From Cetobacterium sp. (GTDB taxonomy: Bacteria > Fusobacteriota > Fusobacteriia > Fusobacteriales > Fusobacteriaceae), in assembly GCF_048470075.1 (NCBI RefSeq), contig NZ_DBGBQB010000074.1:1532-65531 (forward strand): 64,000 bases of DNA, read 5' to 3'. This document shows positions 1-8,927 of this stretch, one piece after another; positions within the stretch are counted from its first letter, which is position 1; each line of letters opens with the position of its first letter. The translations under genes were made by a program, and so were the position numbers. The notes beneath the pieces are model-generated. The model was not told the DNA's origin. It made no database searches and was given only the letters and a program-made list of their open reading frames with translations.

Positions 1-1805
1 ACGTTTACGATTCCTACTCCTGTTTTTACAAGAGAGATATATGTTTTTGTTAAAGGATTATTTTTTACTACTTCAACTGCTTGCTCTGTAATCTCTTCTG
101 CTCTTTCAACTGAAAGACCCTTTTCCAACTCTAAAACAACTGCATATCTACCATAGTCTTGTTTTGGTATAAACTCTGTTCTTGTTAATAGAGGTCCAAC
201 TATCATCATAACCATAAATGTTATGAAAGAAAGTGCTACAGTTTTCTTTCTATTTGTAATTGCCCACTCTATTATCTTTTCATATGTGCTCTTTACTTTT
301 CCAAATATTTTACCCTCTTTTGTAATATCAGCGTTAGCTTTTAAAAATCTACTTGCTACCATTGGCATTAAAGTTAATGATACTATTAAAGCGGCAACGT
401 TAGAGAAAATTATTGATAGCGACATATCTCTAAATATCTCTCTTGCAATACCTGGGATAAATAGTACTGGAATAAATACAACCATTGTTGTTAAGGCTGA
501 GGCTAGAATCGCTACTGCAACCTCTGATGCTCCATCCTCTGATGCTTCCATTACTGGTTTCTTAAGCTCTGTTATATGTCTATAGATATTATCTATAACA
601 ACAACGGAGTTATCTGTTAGCATTCCTACTCCAATAGAAAGTCCCATTAGTGATATTACGTTTATTGTCACTCCTAAAAGAGATAAGAAAGCAAATGTAA
701 ATATAATTGCTATTGGTAGTGCCAATGATATCAACAGTGTTGCTCTAATATTTTTTAGGAATACTAAAAGTACTATTGTAGCTAGAACAAGACCTGTTAT
801 TGCATTTCCTTTTACTCCTGAAATTGATGAGTTAATATTTTCAGAGTAATCCATTACTGTTGTTACTTCTACACCTTTAGGGAAGTATGGTTTCATCTCT
901 TCTAAGGCTATCTTTGCATTATCTGTAATTGATAAGATATTTCCATCTGTAGATTTTTCAATAACTATCATTACCGATGGTTTCCCATTAAGTTTAGTTA
1001 TCTCGCTTTGATCTTCAGTAGTTAGTACTACATTAGCAATATCTTTTAATCTAAGAGTTTTTCCATTACTTCTTAAAATCATGTTTTCAAACTCATCTAA
1101 ATAGTTAAACTCTCCCATAAATCTGGCAACAACATCTTTCCCTCCAGTTTTAATAACTCCCAACGGAACATTTATTGATGATGTTTTTATTAAATCATAC
1201 AATTCATTCGGTGTTAAATTATATGATGCTAATTTATCTGTATCAAATTGAATTTGAATCTGTTTATCTGGAGATCCTAATGTATCAACACTTCCAACTC
1301 CTCCAATTCTTTCAAATCTTGGAGTCATAAACTCGTTAACAAATGTTGTCAATTCTAAAAAATTTGGACCCGATACGTTTAGCATCATCGCAGTATTTCC
1401 TGAACCTGCTAATTTTTTCTGTGTCGTAGGTTTTGACGCATCATCTGGTAACTCTCCTGATATAGCATCAATCTCCCTTTGTACATCTCCTCTTTTTAAA
1501 TCTATATTCACTCCATAGTCGAACTCAATACTTACAACTGATCTTTCAAATGATGATGTAGATGTTATCTTTTTAATTCCATCAACACCAGATAGTGAAT
1601 CTTCTATTTTTTTAGTAATCTGACTGTTTACATCTTCTGGAACAGCTCCATTCCAAGTTGTAGTAATTACAACCATTGGAATATTCATATTAGGAAGCAG
1701 TTCTGATTTCATTGATAGCATCGAAACAATTCCTAAGAATACCATCGAGACCATTACCATTACTGTTGCAACGGGTCTACGTATAGCAATACCTGCTAAT
1801 GACAT
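1..1805 (-). CDS. RND (AcrB/HAE1-type) efflux permease, N-terminal ~600 aa; 3' end runs off the window
   Basis: Manual minus-strand translation from ATG at 1805-1803 gives MSLAGIAIRRPVATVMVMVSMVFLGIVS... Further in it gives ...SLMGLSIGVGMLTDNSVVVID, the RND TM4 region. I spot-checked the frame near the start and around 600-850 and saw no stop. It is missing from the ORF track because it is truncated. It is the last gene of the tetR-OMF-MFP-RND unit. Confidence 0.85.
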   Translation of the reverse strand, partial: MSLAGIAIRRPVATVMVMVSMVFLGIVSMLSMKSELLPNMNIPMVVITTTWNGAVPEDVNSQITKKIEDSLSGVDGIKKITSTSSFERSVVSIEFDYGVNIDLKRGDVQREIDAISGELPDDASKPTTQKKLAGSGNTAMMLNVSGPNFLELTTFVNEFMTPRFERIGGVGSVDTLGSPDKQIQIQFDTDKLASYNLTPNELYDLIKTSSINVPLGVIKTGGKDVVARFMGEFNYLDEFENMILRSNGKTLRLKDIANVVLTTEDQSEITKLNGKPSVMIVIEKSTDGNILSITDNAKIALEEMKPYFPKGVEVTTVMDYSENINSSISGVKGNAITGLVLATIVLLVFLKNIRATLLISLALPIAIIFTFAFLSLLGVTINVISLMGLSIGVGMLTDNSVVVIDNIYRHITELKKPVMEASEDGASEVAVAILASALTTMVVFIPVLFIPGIAREIFRDMSLSIIFSNVAALIVSLTLMPMVASRFLKANADITKEGKIFGKVKSTYEKIIEWAITNRKKTVALSFITFMVMMIVGPLLTRTEFIPKQDYGRYAVVLELEKGLSVERAEEITEQAVEVVKNNPLTKTYISLVKTGVGIVN

Positions 1806-1827
1806 ATATCTTTCACCTCTTTATTTT

Positions 1828-2859
1828 CTATTTTGTTTCGTTATTTATTGTAATTTCATCTCCATCAGCTAATCCGAATATACCATCAGACACTACTAAA
1901 TCCCCTGGTTTTAACTCCTCTGATATAACTTCTATATTAGGCTTTATCGTTGCCCCTGTAGTTACTTCAACTCTTTTTACTTTCCCATTTTCAATTTTAA
2001 AAACATAGCTCAATAAGTCTCTTATAAATACAGCCTGTTGTGGTACTATAACTCCATCTCTTTTCTCTGTTGGAATTACAACCTTTGTATACATACCATC
2101 TTTTAACTCTTTAGTTTTATTATCTATAGATATTTTTACTGGGAATTTTTTTGTTTCAGCATCTGCTATTGGATTTATAGATTTTATCTTTCCTTGAAAC
2201 TCTTTTCCACCTAAATCTGAAACCATTAAAGTCACTGGTGATCCCTCGTTCAGTGTATTTAACCAATATCCTGGGAAGTCCACAGTTATCTCCATCACGT
2301 TCTCATCTACCACTGTAAACACAGTTGAGTTAGCCTCTACGACATTTCCAGATTTTAAATTTAAATTTCCTACTAATCCAGTTAGCTCAGATTTTCTTGT
2401 TAATTTATCATAGTTTGATTTTTTAGATGTATAATCTGCTAAAGCATTGGTATATGCATCTCTATAACTTAAAAATTCAAGTTGTGATACCATCTGCTTT
2501 TCATAAAGTTTACTAAATTTTTCAAAATTATTTTTTGTTGATTGTAGGTTAGCTTTTGCTGCTTCATAGTTTGATTCAACCTTTGCATCAGTAAACTTTA
2601 CAACAACCTCACCCTTTTTTACAAAATCTCCATTTTTCTTTAGAACTGTAGATACAGTTCCTTGAGAATCCAATGTGTGATCCACTTTCTCTTGAGGCAC
2701 AATTGTTCCATCAGTTACATATATATCTGAAACTTGCTCCTGCTTTACCTGTGATGCTATCACGGGTTTTTTTGGTTTTTCTACTACTATTTCCTCTTTT
2801 TTTCCACAAGCAGTCATCAAGATAGCTGCTGCTGTTAATATGAATAATCCCTTTTTCAT
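1828..2859 (-). CDS. Efflux RND periplasmic adaptor (HlyD/AcrA-type membrane fusion lipoprotein)
   Basis: 343 aa. It has a signal peptide with a lipobox-like LMTAC|GKK, a coiled-coil middle region, and a beta-barrel/lipoyl-type C-terminal part typical of MFPs. It lies between the OMF and RND genes. Confidence 0.85.
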   Translation of the reverse strand: MKKGLFILTAAAILMTACGKKEEIVVEKPKKPVIASQVKQEQVSDIYVTDGTIVPQEKVDHTLDSQGTVSTVLKKNGDFVKKGEVVVKFTDAKVESNYEAAKANLQSTKNNFEKFSKLYEKQMVSQLEFLSYRDAYTNALADYTSKKSNYDKLTRKSELTGLVGNLNLKSGNVVEANSTVFTVVDENVMEITVDFPGYWLNTLNEGSPVTLMVSDLGGKEFQGKIKSINPIADAETKKFPVKISIDNKTKELKDGMYTKVVIPTEKRDGVIVPQQAVFIRDLLSYVFKIENGKVKRVEVTTGATIKPNIEVISEELKPGDLVVSDGIFGLADGDEITINNETK

Positions 2860-2873
2860 CTTTCCTCCCGATA

Positions 2874-4160
2874 TTAAATAAGTGATGATCTATATTTCTC
2901 AAATGCTACATAATAATTTAATACTGCTGAGTTATAATCTACAGCTGCTTGTCTATATTGACTTTCTGATAATAGATAATCCACAGTTGAAATTAATCCC
3001 GCATTGTATCTTTCAGTATCTATACTAAAGTTTTCTGTTGCTGCTTCTAACGCTTTGTTTCTAGAGTCTCTTAATTGCTGTAAACGAATTAACTCTCTAT
3101 AATTTTTTGTAACAGATAGTTTTATATTATCTGATGTTAGCTCTTGATTTATACTTTCTATATTCTCATTATTTTTTGCCACATTATACTCATCAATTCC
3201 GCTTCCGAAAGAGAATACATCCCATTTTACAGAAACTCCACCTCTCCACTCTGCATTGTCAAAACTGTTATCAAAATGGTGGCTCTCTCTTGATGTTCCA
3301 TAAGTTGCAAAAGCATCAACCTGTGGTAATAAACTTGATCTTGCTACAATTTTTTCAGCTTGAGCATAGTCAACTTTATTTATTGCTAATCTCGCTGATA
3401 AACTGTTTGTTAAAGCCTGATTTAGGTCTCTATTGAAATCTATTCCCGATGTTAAGTTCTCTGGAACTTGGAAATCTTTTAAAGTAATCTCCTCATTTGT
3501 AGGAATCATTAACTTTAATTTCAAATCCTTTTTTGCAATCTCTAAATTTGTTTTAGTTCCTGTTATTTGAGCCTCTAAATCTAATATTGAATACTCTGTT
3601 TTCAGTAGATCCGCTTTTGTTACCAATCTTAAATTTAATTGTTCGCTCTGCTTATCATATCTAGCTTGTAACTCTTTTTTAGATGCCTCTAAAACTGTTA
3701 AATCCTTTTCATAATTTATAATACTTGAATATAAAGAGATAATATCCAATCTCACATCTCTTTTTTCAGATAAAAGATAGATATCTGCCATATTTTTAGA
3801 AGCCTCTGCTCCAAGTATTCCACCTGTTATTGCTCCTCCTCTAAATAGGGGCTGATAAAGACCTATTGTCTGTGAATATCCACTTTTTGCTTTTAATCCA
3901 ATTATTCCATTTGAATCAATAGTTTCTGTCATATTTCTTGTTTCATGTTCCGCTTTTTGATACTGACCATTATATGTAACTGTTGGTAATGCAGTTTTAA
4001 ATGCTCTTCTTACATTTAATCTTGCATTTTCTTTTGATAGCTCTGACGTCTTTATTGTTTTCCCATTCTCTAAAGCCAAGTCAATTGCACTTTCCAACGT
4101 TAGCTCTCTTGAAAAGGCTGCTGTTGAAAGCAATACTAGTAACCCTAATAACTTCTTCAT
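2874..4160 (-). CDS. TolC-family outer membrane efflux protein
   Basis: 428 aa. It has a signal peptide (LLVLLSTAAFS) and the two-repeat OEP layout, with LTLESAIDLALENG at the N-terminus and ...AVLNYYVAFEKY at the C-terminus. Confidence 0.85.
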   Translation of the reverse strand: MKKLLGLLVLLSTAAFSRELTLESAIDLALENGKTIKTSELSKENARLNVRRAFKTALPTVTYNGQYQKAEHETRNMTETIDSNGIIGLKAKSGYSQTIGLYQPLFRGGAITGGILGAEASKNMADIYLLSEKRDVRLDIISLYSSIINYEKDLTVLEASKKELQARYDKQSEQLNLRLVTKADLLKTEYSILDLEAQITGTKTNLEIAKKDLKLKLMIPTNEEITLKDFQVPENLTSGIDFNRDLNQALTNSLSARLAINKVDYAQAEKIVARSSLLPQVDAFATYGTSRESHHFDNSFDNAEWRGGVSVKWDVFSFGSGIDEYNVAKNNENIESINQELTSDNIKLSVTKNYRELIRLQQLRDSRNKALEAATENFSIDTERYNAGLISTVDYLLSESQYRQAAVDYNSAVLNYYVAFEKYRSSLI

Positions 4161-4801
4161 TAAATTCCTCCTGTTAGTAACTTCAAGATACTTTCAATAA
4201 CCAGTTGTATCTCTCTATCTAAATCAATATTTTTTAAACGTTCTTCAAATTCGGATATATCACTGATAAAATAATCCTCTGTATTTTTATAGAATAATCT
4301 TTCCAATCTATAAGATTTTATTCCACCCATGATAAATACTATCAAAATATTTATTTCACTCTCTGAATATGTAATTCCTGGAATGGTTTTTATTATCTCT
4401 TTTAAATATTTTCTATTTAAAATTTCGATTTGAAAAAGTTTTTCTCTTAATAGAGGTGTTAGATGTTCCAAATTTCTGGTTAGATTTATCAATATCAAAT
4501 GAGATTTTAAACTCTCTGATACCATCATAAACCTTTTCATTATAAACATCTTTATTTTTTCTTTATAATCAATCTTTTCTATTAGAAGTTCTTTTAACTC
4601 ATTTTTTCTTATTTCATAAACTTCGCCTATAATCTCCTCTAAAAGTTGATCTTTTGATTTAAAGTAAGTATAAAAGCTACCTTTAGCTATTCCCAGATGA
4701 TTTGTAATATCTTCAACTCTTGTTTTAAAAATACCTTTTTTTAATAAAACATCTTTTGCAGCTTCTAGGATTTGCTCTTTTTTTTCCTCCTTTATCATCA
4801 T
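4160..4801 (-). CDS. TetR/AcrR-family transcriptional regulator, first gene of the efflux operon
   Basis: 213 aa. The N-terminal HTH reads ILEAAKDVLLKKGIFKTRVEDITNHLGIAKGSFYTYFKSKDQLL. Its stop overlaps the OMF start at 4160. Confidence 0.9.
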   Translation of the reverse strand: MMIKEEKKEQILEAAKDVLLKKGIFKTRVEDITNHLGIAKGSFYTYFKSKDQLLEEIIGEVYEIRKNELKELLIEKIDYKEKIKMFIMKRFMMVSESLKSHLILINLTRNLEHLTPLLREKLFQIEILNRKYLKEIIKTIPGITYSESEINILIVFIMGGIKSYRLERLFYKNTEDYFISDISEFEERLKNIDLDREIQLVIESILKLLTGGI

Positions 4802-4828
4802 GCCCCCTTACTGAACTTAAAATTAAAA

Positions 4829-4842
4829 TGACTATACAGTCA
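4829..4842. promoter_or_regulatory. Putative TetR operator O1, inverted repeat TGACT-N4-AGTCA
   Basis: The sequence is TGACTATACAGTCA. It sits just downstream of the -10 box, around the predicted transcription start. Confidence 0.55.
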
Positions 4843-4848
4843 CAGAAC

Positions 4849-4877
4849 ATTCTAATCTATAATGACTATTTAGTCAA
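4849..4877 (-). promoter_or_regulatory. Sigma70-type promoter of the tetR-efflux operon (TTGACT-17-TAGAAT)
   Basis: On the minus strand the -35 TTGACT is at 4877-4872 and the -10 TAGAAT at 4854-4849, with a 17-nt spacer counted by hand. It lies about 48 nt upstream of the tetR ATG at 4801. Confidence 0.6.
4863..4876. promoter_or_regulatory. Putative TetR operator O2, inverted repeat TGACT-N4-AGTCA
   Basis: The sequence is TGACTATTTAGTCA, with the same arms as O1. It overlaps the -35 box and spacer. O1 and O2 centres are 34 bp apart. Confidence 0.55.
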
Positions 4878-4892
4878 TGCTTTTTTTAAATT

Positions 4893-6449
4893 TTACCATA
4901 CATTGTGAGCATTTGAATTAAATCCTGATGAAGTTGAGTAATATTTTGCATCTATCGGCTTATTTTCGTGCACAAGAATAAGACCTTTTGTTGTTTTTAC
5001 TCCCTTAGTCGACAACTCATTTTCATCTAGGTTGTTATAGACTTGACTTTGAGTACTATCTAAAATATGGAACCCTTGTTTTGCATATCTATTTCTCAAT
5101 ATATCTTTTGCTGCATAGGTTCTAGCTGCTATTGCCTGTACTTTTAAAGCTTCCAGCCCAAAACTTTGTGGCATCTCACTTGGAACAACCTGTAATAGAT
5201 AATCCTCTATATTGATTTCATTTATTAAGTTTAATCTTGTTCCGCCCTGTGCTAACCTAACTTCAAAACTCCCTCTATATGTTGGATATCTATATTTTTT
5301 TACATTTCTCTTTATATTGGTTATCGATATCATGTGTTTTGATGTTATCTCTATGTAGTTTTTTGTTTTTAATCTTACTTTCCCTTGAGTGATGACCTGT
5401 GTGTATCCATCTTTTACTATAAAGTCTATAGATGTTCTAGGGGATACATTAACACTTCCATCTTTACTTTTTAATTTTATAGCACCTGTTGAAATCATAG
5501 ATATTTTTGAGTGATTAATAGTTGAAAATCCACTTGTCATTATTCCAACTCTAATCTTATCATCTATTCCATCCACCGATTTTATACTCTTTAATTTTGT
5601 ATCCATATAGTATCTTTGTAAAACTTGTTTATATGAGTATCCCTTATTTTTAGTTAAATCCATAGCTGACCATTGTGGAACTCCAGATCCGTGTCCAAAT
5701 CCTCCACCATAGATATTAAAACCTCCATTCCCCAATTTCTCAAAAGCAATAAAGGCAGATGGCAACATGCTCGGATTTCTGGATATAGGCTTTTCATTAT
5801 AAGTACTACTTCCACCCTTTGTTCCATAGATATTTACAGTGCTATCAACGCTACTTTTGCTTAAATTTAATAGACTCCTTATATTTCCCTCTTTTGCAAC
5901 AATATATTTACCTCTGCTTCCCTTTATCAGTAGTTTTGTTACTAGTCCTGATTTTCCTCTTTCCAAAACTCTTATATCTAAAACATCTCCAACAGGGTTT
6001 AAAGGTATTTTTTTTGCTACCCACCTATTATCAGAGTATGTTAAAACCTCTTTGGGTCTTCTTGAACCTAATGAAACTAAGTTTTTATTTAAAACATTAC
6101 TTATCTCTTTTCTATTTAAGCTAACTTTCCATCTCCAATAATTTGAATTATCCCCATGCCCCTTTGCTCTTGTATTTTTATAAAATGCTAAAAACTCATT
6201 TTCTTTATATGACTTAAATGGTACTTTTGGATTTTCCATATCATTTACATATTTTAAATAAGGGATAGGTTTTGCCACTGGTATACTGTCCTTTGAGTAT
6301 TTTCCATATAGATCAACTCTATCTCCCTTTAAATTAGATGAACTTTCCAATCTCTCATAATAATCTCTATTTGAACTACTGCTACACCCTATAAAAGCTA
6401 AAAAACATAATCCTATCGCTATGGTATTTTTTATTTTCTGAACTTTCAT
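4893..6449 (-). CDS. SpoIID/LytB-domain lipoprotein (peptidoglycan-remodelling family) with unusual motif order
   Basis: 518 aa with a lipobox at LAFIGC (Cys22). The SpoIID motifs VVPSEMPQSFGLEALKVQAIAARTYA are at aa 421-446. The GGGFGHGSGVPQW...YKQVLQRYY motif is at aa 248-281. The ATG overlaps the kdsB stop (TAATG). Confidence 0.8.
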   Translation of the reverse strand: MKVQKIKNTIAIGLCFLAFIGCSSSSNRDYYERLESSSNLKGDRVDLYGKYSKDSIPVAKPIPYLKYVNDMENPKVPFKSYKENEFLAFYKNTRAKGHGDNSNYWRWKVSLNRKEISNVLNKNLVSLGSRRPKEVLTYSDNRWVAKKIPLNPVGDVLDIRVLERGKSGLVTKLLIKGSRGKYIVAKEGNIRSLLNLSKSSVDSTVNIYGTKGGSSTYNEKPISRNPSMLPSAFIAFEKLGNGGFNIYGGGFGHGSGVPQWSAMDLTKNKGYSYKQVLQRYYMDTKLKSIKSVDGIDDKIRVGIMTSGFSTINHSKISMISTGAIKLKSKDGSVNVSPRTSIDFIVKDGYTQVITQGKVRLKTKNYIEITSKHMISITNIKRNVKKYRYPTYRGSFEVRLAQGGTRLNLINEINIEDYLLQVVPSEMPQSFGLEALKVQAIAARTYAAKDILRNRYAKQGFHILDSTQSQVYNNLDENELSTKGVKTTKGLILVHENKPIDAKYYSTSSGFNSNAHNVW

Positions 6450-7186
6450 TAGATCTCTATCCCTTTTTCAACAATATAGTTTCTAACTTTTTCAAGCTCC
6501 TCTTTTGTATCAACACCTATAATTTCAAAAGGTGTTTCCAACACTTTTATTTTATACCCATTTTCTAAAATCCTCAACTGCTCTAAAGATTCAGAATTTT
6601 CTAAAGGTGTGCTCTCCATTTTAGAATATTCTAGTACAAACTCTCTTTTATACCCGTATATTCCTACATGTTTAAAATAGATATCTAAGTTTTCATTTCT
6701 AGGATATGGAATTACACTTCTTGAAAAATATATAGCATAGTCATCTCTATCTGTAATAACTTTTACAAAGTTTGGATTTTCAATGTCCTCTTTTTTATGA
6801 AGTTTATGCTTTAATGTTGCCATTTTTAAACTCTCCTCTCTTTTAAATACATCGATTAAAGAGTTTATCATCTCTGGCTCAATTAAAGGCTCATCACCTT
6901 GAACATTTATAATCACATCATAGTCTGTTATCTTCTCACAAACTTCAGCTATTCTACTTGTCCCATTTAAGTGATTTTTATCTGTTAGTATTACCTCTCC
7001 TCCAAATCTTTTTACTTCATCAAAAACCTCTTGTGAATCTGTTGCTATAATAACCTCATCCAAATTAGATTTCATAGCTCTTTTATAAACCCACTCTATC
7101 ATAGAATGTCCACAAATATCTTTCAGTGGTTTCTTTGGCAATCTTGTTGATTCATATCTCGCTGGAATTACTCCTAAAAACTTCAT
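6449..7186 (-). CDS. kdsB: 3-deoxy-manno-octulosonate cytidylyltransferase (CMP-Kdo synthetase)
   Basis: The product starts MKFLGVIPARYESTRLPKKPLKDICGHSMIEW and contains ...NVQGDEPLIEP. I prefer the start at 7186 because GGAGG lies 7 nt upstream; the ORF-track start at 7207 is a TTG that precedes that SD. Confidence 0.9.
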   Translation of the reverse strand: MKFLGVIPARYESTRLPKKPLKDICGHSMIEWVYKRAMKSNLDEVIIATDSQEVFDEVKRFGGEVILTDKNHLNGTSRIAEVCEKITDYDVIINVQGDEPLIEPEMINSLIDVFKREESLKMATLKHKLHKKEDIENPNFVKVITDRDDYAIYFSRSVIPYPRNENLDIYFKHVGIYGYKREFVLEYSKMESTPLENSESLEQLRILENGYKIKVLETPFEIIGVDTKEELEKVRNYIVEKGIEI

Positions 7187-7215
7187 TTTACAACCTCCAA
7201 AATTCAATGTATAAT
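7187..7215 (+). promoter_or_regulatory. Promoter for the plus-strand phosphatase gene (TTTACA-17-TATAAT)
   Basis: The -35 TTTACA is at 7187-7192 and the -10 TATAAT at 7210-7215, with TG immediately upstream. It abuts the divergent kdsB start codon. Confidence 0.55.
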
Positions 7216-7275
7216 AAGATTATACAAGAATATCGTATTAAAAAAAAGAGTTTTATACTTAAAAAGGAGAAATTT

Positions 7276-7890
7276 ATGTTGCGTATTTATTTTGTAAGAC
7301 ATGGTGAAACAGTTTGGAATACTTTAAAAATTTTTCAGGGAAGATCCAACTCTCCATTGACAGAGCTAGGTATTGAGCAAGCAAAAAAACTTTCAAAAGC
7401 TCTAGAGAATATTGATTTTAAAAAGGTTTACTCATCGCCACAGGAAAGAGCTCTTCAAACCACTAAACTTTTACTTGGAAATAGAGATATGAATATCATT
7501 CCAATCGATGAGTTTCAAGAGATCAATATGGGAAAAGTTGAGGGGATTCCAAGGGAGGAGTTTGAAAAAAACTATCCAATTGAGTATCATAATTTTTGGA
7601 ATAATGCCGAAAAATATGATCCTACAGCATATAATGGTGAAAGCTATGAGGAGGTTTTAGATAGAGTTAGAGTTGGACTAAATAAACTTGTTCAAGAAAA
7701 TAGTGACGGAAATATCTTGGTAATCAGTCATGGAGTTACATTAAAAGCCCTTTTTAATATTATAAATGAAAAAGGGATAGATGAATTCTCTAAGCAACCT
7801 GTTCCTGAAAATACTAGCACTACTATAGTTGAATATGATTCAAATGGATTTAAAATAGTAAAATTTTCTGACACTGAACATCTAAATTAA
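7276..7890 (+). CDS. Histidine phosphatase family protein (phosphoglycerate-mutase-like, GpmB/CobC type)
   Basis: The product starts MLRIYFVRHGETVWN (RHG catalytic motif) and has ...LVISHGVTLKAL (second His). AAGGAG lies 7 nt upstream of the ATG at 7276. The ORF-track start at 7126 lies inside kdsB. Confidence 0.85.
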   Translation: MLRIYFVRHGETVWNTLKIFQGRSNSPLTELGIEQAKKLSKALENIDFKKVYSSPQERALQTTKLLLGNRDMNIIPIDEFQEINMGKVEGIPREEFEKNYPIEYHNFWNNAEKYDPTAYNGESYEEVLDRVRVGLNKLVQENSDGNILVISHGVTLKALFNIINEKGIDEFSKQPVPENTSTTIVEYDSNGFKIVKFSDTEHLN

Positions 7891-7901
7891 TTTTTTTATT
7901 A

Positions 7902-7930
7902 TTGACACAAAGGAAAGTGTGAAGTATTAA
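7902..7930 (+). promoter_or_regulatory. Promoter of the ftsZ-like gene (TTGACA-17-TATTAA)
   Basis: The -35 TTGACA is at 7902-7907 and the -10 TATTAA at 7925-7930, with a 17-nt spacer. Confidence 0.55.
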
Positions 7931-7977
7931 AGTATTATTCTATATATTGCTGTTATTCTATTCAGGGGGTGAATTTT

Positions 7978-8922
7978 TTGGGAGATAAGTTTAATGTTAA
8001 TATAAAGGTTATGGGTATTGGTGGCGGTGGAATAAATGCACTTGATGAAATCTGTGTTTCTGAAATTGATGGAGTTTCTTTTTTTGCACTTAATACCGAT
8101 CTACAAGATTTAAATAATTCTAGAACACCTCACAAAATTCAACTGGGTTTATCTACAACTAAGGGACTAGGCTGTGGTGGAAATATTGAATTAGGAGAGA
8201 AAGCTGTCAAAGAGAGCTTACCTTTTATTAAAAATATTCTTAGAGGCACTGACTTTCTTTTTTTAACATCTACTATGGGTGGAGGAACTGGAAGTGCTGC
8301 TACTGCTTTAATTGCAAAGTTGGCCAAAGAGATGAACATTCTAACTGTTGCCATAGTTACCAAACCCTTCTCCTTTGAAGGAAAAAGAAGAATGAAAATT
8401 GCTGAAACTGGAATAAAAAATCTTAAACCTTTTGTTGATTCTCTTATTGTTGTCCCTAATGATAAACTTTTAGATAATTCATCATCCAATGTAACAGTTC
8501 AAGAAGCTTTCAAAAAAAGTAACTTTGTGTTATATACAGCGGTTAAAGGTATGACTGACCTTATGCTTGCCAAAGGATTAATAAATTTAGATTTTGCAGA
8601 TATAAAATCTCTTCTACTTGAATCAGGAGAGGCTATCTTAGGGTTTGGAGAAGGAGCTGGTGAAAAAAGAGCCGAAAAGGCTGCTCTTGCCGCAGTGGAT
8701 TCATCTCTATTTGAAAGAACCATTTTAGGTGCAACTAAGTTTTTAGTAAATATTATTGGTCCTAGAGATTTAAACTTAATGGAGTCTAGTATTATTGTAG
8801 AAACTATAAAAAAAGAGTGTGAAGCTGAAATAGATGATGTTCTCTTTGGAGTTTCAATAGATGAAAACTCCAGTGATACTATTAAGGTTATTTTAATAGC
8901 TAACTCATTTTTAAATACTTAA
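7978..8922 (+). CDS. FtsZ-family tubulin-like GTPase, globular core only (no C-terminal linker or tail)
   Basis: The product has IKVMGIGGGGINAL, the tubulin signature TSTMGGGTGSAATALIA, TKPFSFEGKRRM, and the T7 loop LINLDFADIKSLL. It ends at ...TIKVILIANSFLNT, which is the end of the FtsZ core. I prefer the TTG start at 7978, 8 nt after the AGGGGG SD. The in-frame GTG at 7969 has no SD. Confidence 0.85.
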   Translation: MGDKFNVNIKVMGIGGGGINALDEICVSEIDGVSFFALNTDLQDLNNSRTPHKIQLGLSTTKGLGCGGNIELGEKAVKESLPFIKNILRGTDFLFLTSTMGGGTGSAATALIAKLAKEMNILTVAIVTKPFSFEGKRRMKIAETGIKNLKPFVDSLIVVPNDKLLDNSSSNVTVQEAFKKSNFVLYTAVKGMTDLMLAKGLINLDFADIKSLLLESGEAILGFGEGAGEKRAEKAALAAVDSSLFERTILGATKFLVNIIGPRDLNLMESSIIVETIKKECEAEIDDVLFGVSIDENSSDTIKVILIANSFLNT

Positions 8923-8927
8923 ATGAC

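Noticed and set aside
223-585. A 120-aa plus-strand ORF near the window start.
   Set aside because: It is antisense to the truncated RND permease gene (1-1805). The minus-strand translation there gives canonical RND transmembrane motifs.
2711-2902. A 63-aa minus-strand ORF spanning the OMF/MFP junction.
   Set aside because: It is an alternative frame overlapping the 5' end of the MFP gene and the 3' end of the TolC-like gene. Its composition is not protein-like, and the two flanking genes already account for the DNA.
1-4801. The RND/TolC/TetR efflux operon as a horizontally acquired resistance island.
   Set aside because: No transposase, integrase or repeats are present and I see no obvious compositional break. 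It is contiguous with the kdsB/SpoIID envelope genes and looks like a chromosomal housekeeping efflux system.
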